Assembly (NCBI GenBank): GCA_947494035.1
Contig: CANLTN010000013.1
Location: 24,423-88,422, forward strand
Length of the DNA stretch: 64,000 nt
From: an uncultured Pseudovibrio sp.
GTDB lineage: Bacteria > Pseudomonadota > Alphaproteobacteria > Rhizobiales > Stappiaceae
Direction: 5' to 3'
Shown: positions 19,420-28,436 of the stretch, piece by piece
Layout of the letters: every line of letters begins with the position of its first letter
Position numbering within the stretch: position 1 is the first letter of the stretch
Made by a program: the position numbers and the translations under genes
The notes under the pieces: model-generated
Databases searched by the model: none
What the model saw: the letters and a program-made list of their open reading frames with translations, nothing else
Told to the model about the DNA's origin: nothing

Positions 19420-20589
19420 TTATGCTTGAAAGTAATCTTTCAGGAAGCGGAGGTAGATGTCAGCGAGTTGTTCGATGTCAGCCACAGCAACGTGTTCATC
19501 GACCTTGTGCATAGTCTGACCAACCAGCCCAAACTCCACAACGGCACAGTAGTTTTTGATGAAGCGTGCATCGGAGGTTCCGCCGCCTGTTGAAAGCTCT
19601 GGTGTGCGGCCTGTAACTGTCTGGATGGAGTTGGACAAGGTCTGAATCAGAGCTTCGTCATGGGTCAGGAAGCTGTCGGTTGCTTCTCTGGCAAACTCAA
19701 TGCTCCAGTCGAGGCCTTCTGGCGCTGCATCACTCAGCAGCTTCTCGATGTGCTGGCTCAGAGAGCTGACAGACCATTGATCATTAAAGCGAATGTTGAA
19801 CTTCGCAATGAGGTGCGCTGGAATAACGTTGGTTGCGGTGTTGCCCACATCAACAGTTGTGATTTCCAGATTGGAAGGCTGGAATCGCTCGTTTCCTTTG
19901 TCCAGCTCCACTTCAGCAACAGCGCCCAGAAGCTTGAGCATGCCCGGTACCGGATTATCTGCAAGATGCTGATAAGCGACGTGGCCTTGCGTGCCGTTGA
20001 CCCTGATCGTGCCGGTCAAAGAGCCCCGGCGGCCTACCTTGATTGCATCGCCCAGAGCGTCCGGGTTGGTTGGTTCGCCCACGATGCAGGCATCAAACAC
20101 GTGCCCCTGCTCTTTGGCCCATTCCAGCAGTTTCACTGTGCCGTTGATGGCCGGGCCTTCTTCGTCACCTGTGATCAGGAAGGAGATCTGGCCGGGGATT
20201 CCGTTTGGATGGGCCTTGACGTAGTCGATTGCAGCAGCGGCAAATGCCGCGACGCCGCCTTTCATGTCTGCGGTTCCGCGACCATGAAGCTTGCCGTCTG
20301 CAATGGTTCCATCGAACGGACCGTGGGTCCATGCTGCTTCGTCGCCAACTGGCACAACATCGGTGTGACCGGCGAACACGAAGTGCGGTTTGCCTGTGCC
20401 GATGGTGGCAAACAGGTTATCCACGTCCGGCGTATTCTCGTCAGAGAACGTCACGCGGGAGACGTTGAAACCGGCGTCTGCGAGCAGTTTTTCGAGTGTG
20501 GAAAGTGCACCGCCTTCAGCTGGGGTGACACTTGGGCAGCGGATAAGGTCGCGGCAGATTTGTACCGCAGGAGCAAGCATATCAGTCAT
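19420..20589 (-). CDS. dapE: Succinyl-diaminopimelate desuccinylase
   Basis: FAGHTDVVP, GRGTADMKG, ITGDEEG, GRRGSL, QGHVAY, TGGGTSDARF; alternative TTG start at 20625. Confidence 0.96.
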   Translation of the reverse strand: MTDMLAPAVQICRDLIRCPSVTPAEGGALSTLEKLLADAGFNVSRVTFSDENTPDVDNLFATIGTGKPHFVFAGHTDVVPVGDEAAWTHGPFDGTIADGKLHGRGTADMKGGVAAFAAAAIDYVKAHPNGIPGQISFLITGDEEGPAINGTVKLLEWAKEQGHVFDACIVGEPTNPDALGDAIKVGRRGSLTGTIRVNGTQGHVAYQHLADNPVPGMLKLLGAVAEVELDKGNERFQPSNLEITTVDVGNTATNVIPAHLIAKFNIRFNDQWSVSSLSQHIEKLLSDAAPEGLDWSIEFAREATDSFLTHDEALIQTLSNSIQTVTGRTPELSTGGGTSDARFIKNYCAVVEFGLVGQTMHKVDEHVAVADIEQLADIYLRFLKDYFQA

Positions 20590-20691
20590 GCCCCGAGATG
20601 TAGCTGCGCCGCGCCGGATGGTCAATCACGAGTTGCTAGAACTTCGTGATTTTCATCGGCCTATTGCGCAGCAAATTCTCAATAGAGCAGC

Positions 20692-21234
20692 TTACTTTTT
20701 GGGGCGAATCGGACGGCTGTTTGGCGTAGGGCCGTACTTGTTCGGTCCTTCCTGGGTCTTCAGGAAGCCAACTACAATTGGCACAATCAGATTGAGGAAA
20801 GGCAGGAAGAGTGTCAGTGCCACAAAGCCCGTGATGCCGCGATCCTGCAAGCGTTTCATCACCAACATGAATACGATGAAGTTTGTAAAGAGCAGGAGCG
20901 GATATAGTAACGGATTGGTGGACAGCATGTCGTTGTAGATCTCTGCCAGTGGCAGTTCCGTGGTGCCAGAGGTGATGTAGGTTTCCTGCATGGAACCGAC
21001 TGTGATGTTCAGGGCAATGAACAAAATGCACCAGATCAGGCCAAACGCCAGCCAATATGGCTCACGGGAGATGCGTCCAAATGGGCTGAAAAACAACCAA
21101 AACAGGCTTGTTGGCGGACTTTTTTGTTCTGGCATTATTTGATCGCTTGAAGCAGCAGCCCTGTCATAAAACAGGCGAGACCACTTCAATCCCTCATATT
21201 CTTTTGTGTCATTATCCGAAAACCGTCCCCCCAC
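20692..21234 (-). CDS. DUF805 family membrane protein
   Basis: FFSPFGRISREPYW, MKRLQDRG, GPNKYGP; true start may be 21135. Confidence 0.8.
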   Translation of the reverse strand: MGGRFSDNDTKEYEGLKWSRLFYDRAAASSDQIMPEQKSPPTSLFWLFFSPFGRISREPYWLAFGLIWCILFIALNITVGSMQETYITSGTTELPLAEIYNDMLSTNPLLYPLLLFTNFIVFMLVMKRLQDRGITGFVALTLFLPFLNLIVPIVVGFLKTQEGPNKYGPTPNSRPIRPKK

Positions 21235-21325
21235 CTTAGGGAATACGCTTTAAGAAATCTCAGTTCGCAAGGATGTACGCACATTGCGAGCCGCTTTCAA
21301 GAGGGGTGATGCAGCAAGACACATA

Positions 21326-21350
21326 TGGCGGGAAGATATCTTTCCCGCCA
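21326..21350. terminator. Hairpin downstream of the HDAC gene
   Basis: TGGCGGGAA/TTCCCGCCA inverted repeat; weak U-tract. Confidence 0.45.
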
Positions 21351-21385
21351 CTACGCAAAATATTGATTTCAGCCAGTCCTGCTGA

Positions 21386-22435
21386 TCAAGCTCCGACCTT
21401 TGCGGTATCCAGATATCCGCTCAGCGCATTGGTGCAGTTGATGCCCAGATCACCGACGGCGTACCCCCCTTCCATAACAAACAAGGTGGGTTTACCCAGC
21501 TTGGCGATGCGGCTGCCAATCTTGGTGAAGTCATCGGTTTTCAATTTGAACTGGGAGATCGGATCGTTTTCATAAGGGTCCATCCCCAAAGAGATCACGA
21601 TGACGTCAGGAGCAAACTTCTCGATAGTCTGGCAAGCGTCTTCCAAGGCAACTTCCCACATGTCCCATGTAGAGCCATGCGGAAGAGGATAGTTGTGATT
21701 GTACCCTGCCCCCTCTTTCAGGCCGCGTTCGTTGGCGTGGCCGAGGTAATAGGGGAACTCGACTTTCGGGTCCGCATGAATGGAGAGGAACTGCACGTCT
21801 GCACGGTCATAGAAGATGGCCTGCGTGCCGTTACCGTGATGATAGTCCACGTCGAAGACTGTAACCTTGCTCACCCCTTGATCGCGCAGGTGCTGGGCTG
21901 CTATGGCCGCGTTGTTGAGGAAGCAGTAGCCGCCATATAAGCGGCGGTGGGCGTGGTGCCCCGGAGGACGGCAGAGTGCGAAGGCGGAGTTGTCACCGGA
22001 AAGGAGCAGATCAGCGCCCGTTAACGCCGTTTCAGCGCTCTTGCGTGCTGCCACCCAAGTATGTTCGCCCATGGGCGAGCCAGCATCGAACGAGTAGAAC
22101 CCGAGTTTCCCGTCAATCTGGTCGGGAACAATATCGTGTCTGAGGCCGTGGACCGGCCAGACGAATGGGAAGGCCTCTTGTTCCGTGCGCCCTTCCGCCT
22201 GCCAAAGCTCCCAAAAATCCTGCAGGAACCTGATGTAATCGGCATCATGTACCTTTAGGATTGGGTCCAGAGAAAACTCTTTTGGCACAAGTACCTCACC
22301 GAACCGGGCTTTCTTGAGGTGCTCAAGAACGATTTCGGCACGAGAGGGTGTCTCGTTGGCGGGAACCAGTTTCCCGTCCGAGATTTCGTTGGCTGGAGCG
22401 TGCAGCAGCTGATCAGGCGAAAAGATGGTCTTCAC
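21386..22435 (-). CDS. Histone deacetylase family protein (acetylpolyamine amidohydrolase-like)
   Basis: CRPPGHHA, GGYCFLNN, DVDYHHGNGTQ, LGMD, MEGGY. Confidence 0.9.
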   Translation of the reverse strand: MKTIFSPDQLLHAPANEISDGKLVPANETPSRAEIVLEHLKKARFGEVLVPKEFSLDPILKVHDADYIRFLQDFWELWQAEGRTEQEAFPFVWPVHGLRHDIVPDQIDGKLGFYSFDAGSPMGEHTWVAARKSAETALTGADLLLSGDNSAFALCRPPGHHAHRRLYGGYCFLNNAAIAAQHLRDQGVSKVTVFDVDYHHGNGTQAIFYDRADVQFLSIHADPKVEFPYYLGHANERGLKEGAGYNHNYPLPHGSTWDMWEVALEDACQTIEKFAPDVIVISLGMDPYENDPISQFKLKTDDFTKIGSRIAKLGKPTLFVMEGGYAVGDLGINCTNALSGYLDTAKVGA

Positions 22436-22481
22436 TATTAACGTCCTTTACAGGGCCTGATGCACGTCTTGCCTTAGTACA

Positions 22482-23474
22482 TCAGATGAAACGGTATTCT
22501 GTTGTTTGTTGATAACGCTCAGTTGGCTGAAGCGTGGAACATGCAAATTCTTCGTGGTTTGGACTGTCGGGCCAGCATTGCGGCTCCAGACAAAGGCCTG
22601 CCCGGGGGCCATACATTTTGCCGCCGAACCCGGATACCGGCGTGTTGAGCGAGCTGCCATCGTAGAACTGGATACCCGGCTCGGTTGACCAGACTTCCAT
22701 CTTGAGCTCGGTGTCTGGCTCAAACACAACGGCAGACAACTCTGGCTTTTTCAGACGGAACTGTCTGAGGCAGAAGTTAGTGTCGAAACGGGTGTCCTGC
22801 TCATCCTGTATCTGGCGTAGCTCGCGGAAATCATAGGGCGTACCAGCCACATCAACGATTTCCCCCGTGGGGATCAGGTCTTCGGAGACAGGAAGGTAAG
22901 AGCGCGCCGGGATCATGACCTGGTGTTTTGTGATATCCGTATGATCACCCAGATTGAAGTAGCTGTGATGGGCCAGATTCAGCAGTGTCGGCTTGTCAGA
23001 GGTCCCGGAAAACTCGATGCGGAGCGTGTCGTCTTTGGTCAGGGTGTAGCGGCAGGTGACATTCACCGTGCCAGGGTAACCTTCCTCTCCATCAGGAGAG
23101 ACAAGCGACAGCAGGACGCTGTCACTGCTAGCTTCTTCAATGTTCCAGACCCGATGCGCAAAGCCTTTATGGCCGCCGTGCAGATGGTGTCGTCCACCTT
23201 CGTTGACCGTGAGCTGGACCTTGTCGGAGCCGATTGAGAAGCAACCATTTGCGATGCGGTTGGCACATCGCCCCGCAGTGGCTCCAAAATGTGGTGAGTG
23301 AAGCTCATAATCGCGCAGGTTATCGAAGCCAAGCGTGAGAATGCGATCCCCTAAGCATAGTTTTTGGACTGTTGCTCCGTAAGTGAGGATACTTGCGCTG
23401 AGGTTTCCACCACGCAGTGTCACTTCTTTGACAACTTGCCGGTTCTCCAGTTCACCAAAATCACGAATGGCCAC
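22482..23474 (-). CDS. galM: Aldose 1-epimerase
   Basis: GRCANRIANG, HHLHGG, EEGYPG, NLAHHSYFNL, EPGIQFYDG, GLCLEPQ. Confidence 0.92.
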   Translation of the reverse strand: MAIRDFGELENRQVVKEVTLRGGNLSASILTYGATVQKLCLGDRILTLGFDNLRDYELHSPHFGATAGRCANRIANGCFSIGSDKVQLTVNEGGRHHLHGGHKGFAHRVWNIEEASSDSVLLSLVSPDGEEGYPGTVNVTCRYTLTKDDTLRIEFSGTSDKPTLLNLAHHSYFNLGDHTDITKHQVMIPARSYLPVSEDLIPTGEIVDVAGTPYDFRELRQIQDEQDTRFDTNFCLRQFRLKKPELSAVVFEPDTELKMEVWSTEPGIQFYDGSSLNTPVSGFGGKMYGPRAGLCLEPQCWPDSPNHEEFACSTLQPTERYQQTTEYRFI

Positions 23475-23617
23475 CGCATTTCCTTTCTATTACTGACCTG
23501 CCTCCCTTCAGGTCATTCATTGCGTACCAACCTCCTATGAAACGAGGATTAGTACAAGCAAGACAAAAGGATACCGTCCATTCAAGGGCCGTTGGAAGCA
23601 GAGTTCATTTTTATTGC

Positions 23618-24127
23618 TTATCTTGGTGTGATCACGAGTTCTTTGTTTCCAAGCGTGATCTTGCCAAGTCTGTTCAACGCAGACATTCCCAGAAGTACCT
23701 GCGAGAGTGCTTCATCTTTAAGGATAAGACTTTTAACGTTACGTATATGAATTGAGCCCAAATAGAGGTTTGATATAAAGGCTGTTGCCCCCGAGGTGAT
23801 GCCATTTGCCGTGCGCACTTCGACTGTGAAGTCCTCATTGCCAACTCTTATGCCTGCTTTGCGGGCAACACTCTGCGGAATTGCGAGGAGACTGGCACCT
23901 GTATCAATCAGCGCTTTGGTCTTGTGACCATTGATTTTGATTGTAGCTATGAAGTGGCCATTGGAAGACTTGCGAATTCTGGTGAGGCGCTTTGAAGGGG
24001 GTTCGGTCCCGCTCTCAGGCTGGGTCTCATAAACTTCCACAACGCCTAGCAAGCGGTCTTCTAGCACCTGAGGGATGATAAGAGCGGCGCACATAACAAT
24101 AGCCGCCAACCAGATATAACGTTGCAC
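23618..24127 (-). CDS. TIGR02281-like clan AA aspartic protease
   Basis: GHFIATIKING, catalytic IDTGAS, VRTANG, LLGMSAL; N-terminal TM segment. Confidence 0.88.
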   Translation of the reverse strand: MQRYIWLAAIVMCAALIIPQVLEDRLLGVVEVYETQPESGTEPPSKRLTRIRKSSNGHFIATIKINGHKTKALIDTGASLLAIPQSVARKAGIRVGNEDFTVEVRTANGITSGATAFISNLYLGSIHIRNVKSLILKDEALSQVLLGMSALNRLGKITLGNKELVITPR

Positions 24128-24291
24128 GTGCGCCCCCGTTCCTTGCAGGCAGTGTCACACCTCAACTTTACAAGTGCATCAAGATATCGCCCGGAATTTT
24201 GCCCATTACTTTTTACAGGTATACCGTCGGGCCGAAGAAAAAGGCAAGTATTCTCATTCAAGCGCAAGGCTATCGGAGACCACTCCGGAAA

Positions 24292-24954
24292 TCAGGTGCA
24301 GGCAAGTGCGGCAGCAAACTCTGCCATGCGCCCTGCATCGAGGCGACCATCAACCCGAACACCACTGCAAACATCGACACCGTAAGGCTTTACTGTCTCA
24401 ATGGCCTCGATGATGTTCTTGGGTGTCAGGCCACCTGCCAGAAATACCGGAATATCAAGTTTCTCAACAAAATGGCGGCTCAAGTCCCAGTCGTGGGCTC
24501 GGCCTGTTCCGCCAAGTACGTCATTCGCAGGGGAACCGGAATCGAGCAGGATCGCATCTGCGACACGGCTGTATTCCTGAGCGATTTCAAAGGAATAGTC
24601 GTCCTCGACATGAACGACCTGTACAATGCGCGTACAGGCCGGCAAGTCCAGACGCAGTTCTGCATATTCGCTTAGGTCAATCGGACTAACGATCTGAACC
24701 GTGTTGGTTCCACATGTCAGAACATGTTCGACAATATCTTTTGCAGATGTGCGTGAGGTCAGAAGCCAGGTCGCAACGGGAGGTGGCACCTGCCGTGCGA
24801 TATGATGAATGAGGTCATCTTCAATCACACCGGGGCCGGAAGGCATGTGGGCAACAAGGCCGATAGCATCGGCACCGCAAGCAACAGCGGTGGCTGCTTC
24901 GTCCGCTGTTGAGATACAACACACTTTCATACGGGTACGAGCTTTGATCGACAT
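24292..24954 (-). CDS. Phosphoribosylanthranilate isomerase-like (TrpF fold), outside a trp operon
   Basis: KVCCI, LLDSG, GGTG..HDW, FLAGGL, GVDVCSGV. Confidence 0.75.
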   Translation of the reverse strand: MSIKARTRMKVCCISTADEAATAVACGADAIGLVAHMPSGPGVIEDDLIHHIARQVPPPVATWLLTSRTSAKDIVEHVLTCGTNTVQIVSPIDLSEYAELRLDLPACTRIVQVVHVEDDYSFEIAQEYSRVADAILLDSGSPANDVLGGTGRAHDWDLSRHFVEKLDIPVFLAGGLTPKNIIEAIETVKPYGVDVCSGVRVDGRLDAGRMAEFAAALACT

Positions 24955-25078
24955 TCCATCAACCCCTTATGCGCCTGACCTTACAAAACAGGCTAAACCT
25001 CATAAAGGACGAATACACAGTTTCGAGGTGCGCATCGTCTCTGATATTTCTGTCTATCTTTCTTATGGGTGCACTGCA

Positions 25079-25113
25079 AGAAAAAGGCGCCAGACTTGAT
25101 GCCTGACGCCTTT
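25079..25113 (-). terminator. Intrinsic terminator after upp
   Basis: Minus-strand AAAGGCGUCAG...CUGGCGCCUUU (G.U allowed) followed by a U-tract. Confidence 0.65.
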
Positions 25114-25130
25114 CATTAAACCAATGCAGT

Positions 25131-25760
25131 TTATTTTGTACCGTACATCCGGTCACCGGCATCACCCAGACCCGGGATGATGTAGCCCTTCTCGTTGAGC
25201 TTTTGATCGATAGCGGCGGTGTAGATCGGCACATCAGGGTGTGCTTCGTTGAAGCGAGCAACGCCTTCAGGAGCTGCCAGCAAGCATACGAACACCATGT
25301 TCTTCGCGCCGCGCTTTTTCAGGCGCTCAACAGCAGAAATCGCGGAGTTTGCAGTTGCCAGCATTGGGTCAACAACAATCACCAGACGCTCTTCCAGCTC
25401 CTGAGGGGCCTTGAAATAGTATTCAACGGCTTCCAGAGTTTTTGGGTCGCGGTACAGACCAATGTGCGCAACGCGAGCAGACGGGATCAGCTCTAGCATG
25501 CCTTCGAGCAGGCCATTACCGGCGCGCAGGATGGAAGCAAAGCAGAGCTTTTTACCAGCCAAAACAGGTGCTTCCATCTCAGCAACCGGAGTGTCGATGG
25601 TCTGGGTGGTCATCTTCAGGTCGCGTGTTACTTCGTAGCACAGCAACAAAGAGATCTCGCGCAGCAAACGGCGGAAGTCCTGCGTCGGAGTTGATTTTCT
25701 CCGCATGTGGGTCAGCTTGTGCTGGACTAGCGGGTGTGCGATTACAGTTGCGCCGGACAT
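25131..25760 (-). CDS. upp: Uracil phosphoribosyltransferase
   Basis: [38 protein letters not shown]. Confidence 0.97.
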   Translation of the reverse strand: MSGATVIAHPLVQHKLTHMRRKSTPTQDFRRLLREISLLLCYEVTRDLKMTTQTIDTPVAEMEAPVLAGKKLCFASILRAGNGLLEGMLELIPSARVAHIGLYRDPKTLEAVEYYFKAPQELEERLVIVVDPMLATANSAISAVERLKKRGAKNMVFVCLLAAPEGVARFNEAHPDVPIYTAAIDQKLNEKGYIIPGLGDAGDRMYGTK

Positions 25761-25888
25761 CGTGTTCCTCTTTTTCAACCCCGTCGGGTTTTGTATGTGC
25801 AGCCGCCTTTTGTCAGCATGTACATGGCAGTGCGTGTATTAAATTAGGCACCTGATTTTCTCGGGTGCAATTGATTGCAGGTTCCGGA

Positions 25889-27124
25889 TCAGAAAACCGT
25901 CCCATCACTGATGACCATCAGGGGTGGAGATCCATCACCTCGTTTCTCCAGGGCAATCTGTCGTCCCGCAGCCCAAGTTCCGCCTTCCAGCACACATGCC
26001 AATGGCAGCTGATCCCGCGATACGGACAAATCCGCCCGAATCCAGTCTGCAAGCTTATCGAGGAGAGCAATTGTGAGCGCTCTCCATTCAACAATCAGCT
26101 CGCTACTTACTTCATGTCTGTTCAGTGATTGTATCGGATCTTTCAGGCGGAGCACGCCTGTGTCCATGAACAATCCACCATTGCGATATTCCGCAAGGCC
26201 AGTCAGACCATCAATGTTTGCCATCTCAATACCAGCCCACGAGAGAGGTTCAACTAAAGAATAAGCAATCCATTGAGAAAGTTTGTGAAGAGGCACCAAA
26301 TTGTCGGTTTTATCCTGAGCTGTAACTTTGGAATGACGCCATGTGTCGCCAAGGATCACCCCATCAATCTGCTCACGATTGGGCCAGACCGGCCCTAAGC
26401 CATCCAGAACCACTTCCAGAATGCGCTCTGCATCGAGCGGACCTTTCTGGCCTTCCTCATAAAGAACATCAAAAAGCCCGCCCGGACGTGGCTCTTCTTC
26501 TTTGCCGAACAGGTCCGGACGCAGGGATACAGCCTCACCCAGACGGTTCAGCAATGTGAGGCGGCCATCCAAGCCGATGAGCTGGTTCGTGTCGGTTACC
26601 TGCAGGCCTTCGATAAGTTCATCCTTGTCCAGCCGGAACAAGGTTATGGCATCTGCCCGAAGCGGGTCTAACGGTTCATCGGAGAAGAAGCCTGCGGAGA
26701 ACATGGCGAGGGAGCCAACTGCCAGACCTTCCGAGCATGTGAAGGTCTCGCCGGTGATAGCCTCATGATACTTCCATTTGTCGCCAGCGGCAGCGTCGAG
26801 CAATGCGGAGACGATTGCTAAATCAAACGCAGTCCGGCCCATACCCCGCACATCGGAGAAGCGACGCGCTCCAGCCAGCATGGCCCAACGGTCAACGCCG
26901 CCGGTCTCGAAATGACGCCAGCGGGCATGAAACGGGATCTGCCTGTCGGGATAGGTGTTATCAGTCGCTGCGAGTGTTCTGCGAGCAGCTTCTGCCAGGT
27001 GCGATAGATCGACGGCAAAGTGCTCAAGTTCGCCCTGTAGCCCCAGCTCCAACAGCATATGTGAGCGTTCGCGTACCGCTCTTGCATTGAGCAAGGACAA
27101 AGCTTGCGATGCCTGCATCTCCAT
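25889..27124 (-). CDS. URC4/urg3 family protein (DUF1688)
   Basis: IPFHARWRHF, HKLSQWIAYSL, GLAEYRNGGL, VEWRALT, LEGGTWAAGR, C-terminal SDGTVF. Confidence 0.88.
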   Translation of the reverse strand: MEMQASQALSLLNARAVRERSHMLLELGLQGELEHFAVDLSHLAEAARRTLAATDNTYPDRQIPFHARWRHFETGGVDRWAMLAGARRFSDVRGMGRTAFDLAIVSALLDAAAGDKWKYHEAITGETFTCSEGLAVGSLAMFSAGFFSDEPLDPLRADAITLFRLDKDELIEGLQVTDTNQLIGLDGRLTLLNRLGEAVSLRPDLFGKEEEPRPGGLFDVLYEEGQKGPLDAERILEVVLDGLGPVWPNREQIDGVILGDTWRHSKVTAQDKTDNLVPLHKLSQWIAYSLVEPLSWAGIEMANIDGLTGLAEYRNGGLFMDTGVLRLKDPIQSLNRHEVSSELIVEWRALTIALLDKLADWIRADLSVSRDQLPLACVLEGGTWAAGRQIALEKRGDGSPPLMVISDGTVF

Positions 27125-27310
27125 CTTCGTCGGTTCCTGTCGTTTTGCCTGATGAGGCCTGTAAAGCGCTCAAATTTTAGTTTCACCGGGTTCAGCGAAG
27201 TCTGGTTGCCCAGCTTATACATGAGAGCTGGAGGTGATCAAACAGATCCTCTGTTCCTCAGAGATTTTCCTGCTAAGAACCATTCTCCGCTTCTGATCAC
27301 TACACACTAA

Positions 27311-27340
27311 AGCCCGCGCCTTTTTATGGAGGCACGGGCT
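27311..27340 (-). terminator. Hairpin/terminator after add
   Basis: AGCCCGUGCC/GGCGCGGGCU pairs fully only on the minus strand (G.U); tail UUUAGUGU. Confidence 0.55.
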
Positions 27341-27431
27341 ATTTTTAGCTACACTCTCAAGTTTGGAGCACAAGCAAGCCAGCTTCGCCAGTCTTGCCGC
27401 TTATTATGCCCACCTCAACTCAGGAAGAAAC

Positions 27432-28433
27432 TCATGCGTCGGCTGTGAGAGTTTCTAACCGCTTGAGAAGAATGCTACGGGTTTCCTCATCAACGAAGGC
27501 TGCTTCCAGTGCATTCTTGGTGATGGACTTCTGGACGTCGTAAGTCCAACCAAACACACGAGAAGTTTCAACGTACTCATGACCAAGTGTGGTGCGGAAG
27601 AATGGCGGATCATCGGAGTTCAGGGTGATGCGAACGCCAGCCTGACGGAGCAGGTTCACCGGATGGAAGCGCAGGTTTGAGTAGACGCCGAGCGCAATGT
27701 TGGAATGTGGGCACACTTCGAGAGTGATTTCCTCATCCACCAGCCGCTGGACCAGTGCTTCATCTTCAACGGCGCGGACACCATGACCAATACGTGTGAT
27801 CTTCAGGTAGTCGAGTGCATCACGCACACTTTCAGCGCCGCCGAACTCACCGGCATGTGCTGTCAGGCCGAGACCTGCTTCACCCGCCATGGCGAACGCT
27901 TTAACGAAGTCCTTTGCCGGACCGATACGCTCGTCACCTGCCAGACCGAAACCAGTGACCAGTGGGTGCGGGTTGTCGATCACGGCCTTGACCGCAGCTT
28001 CAACGGATTCAGCGCCTTCGTGACGGACACCGAGCGGCACCAGGCGACCTTCGATACCAGTGTCTGCCTTTGCACGCTCCAGACCAGCCACAATACCTTC
28101 CAGATAGGATTTGTAGCTCAGGCCTGCTTTGACGGCGTGGTCAGGGGAGATGAAAACTTCCGCGTAGATCACACCTTCAGCTGCGAGCATCTTGTAGTAG
28201 GTTTCCGCCAGCTCAGCGTAATCGCCTGGGCGACGGAATAAGGATGCAGCTTCATCATACTGTTGAATGAAGGTTGTAAAATCATGCCAGCTGTAGGCTC
28301 CGTTGGCGTCAAACAGATCACCAAGGTCTACATCATAGCGTTGAGCCAGCTTTCTTACGAGCGTTGGGGGTGCTGCGCCTTCGATATGGCAGTGCAATTC
28401 AGCACGCGGCACCACATTTTGCATTGGTCTCAT
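27432..28433 (-). CDS. add: Adenosine/adenine deaminase (ADA family)
   Basis: AELHCHIEG, FGLAGDE, TAHAGE, RIGHGVR, LEVCPHSN, LNSDDP. Confidence 0.9.
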   Translation of the reverse strand: MRPMQNVVPRAELHCHIEGAAPPTLVRKLAQRYDVDLGDLFDANGAYSWHDFTTFIQQYDEAASLFRRPGDYAELAETYYKMLAAEGVIYAEVFISPDHAVKAGLSYKSYLEGIVAGLERAKADTGIEGRLVPLGVRHEGAESVEAAVKAVIDNPHPLVTGFGLAGDERIGPAKDFVKAFAMAGEAGLGLTAHAGEFGGAESVRDALDYLKITRIGHGVRAVEDEALVQRLVDEEITLEVCPHSNIALGVYSNLRFHPVNLLRQAGVRITLNSDDPPFFRTTLGHEYVETSRVFGWTYDVQKSITKNALEAAFVDEETRSILLKRLETLTADA

Positions 28434-28436
28434 TTC

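Noticed and set aside
19660-20649. 329-aa plus-strand ORF antisense to dapE
   Set aside because: Shadow ORF from codon bias; no recognisable motifs
27125-27346. Possible plus-strand sRNA or 29-aa peptide (MRAGGDQ...) ending at a hairpin with T5; contains a perfect SD-like GGAGGTGATC
   Set aside because: The hairpin pairs fully only on the minus strand (G.U vs C.A), the SD-like sequence has no start codon after it, and no promoter was seen
27341-27360. GUGUAGCUAAAAA resembling the 3' end of a SAM-II riboswitch; TAGCTACAC recurs at 63241
   Set aside because: The P1 and GAUUU elements are missing and no Met gene follows; a 9-mer repeat is expected by chance
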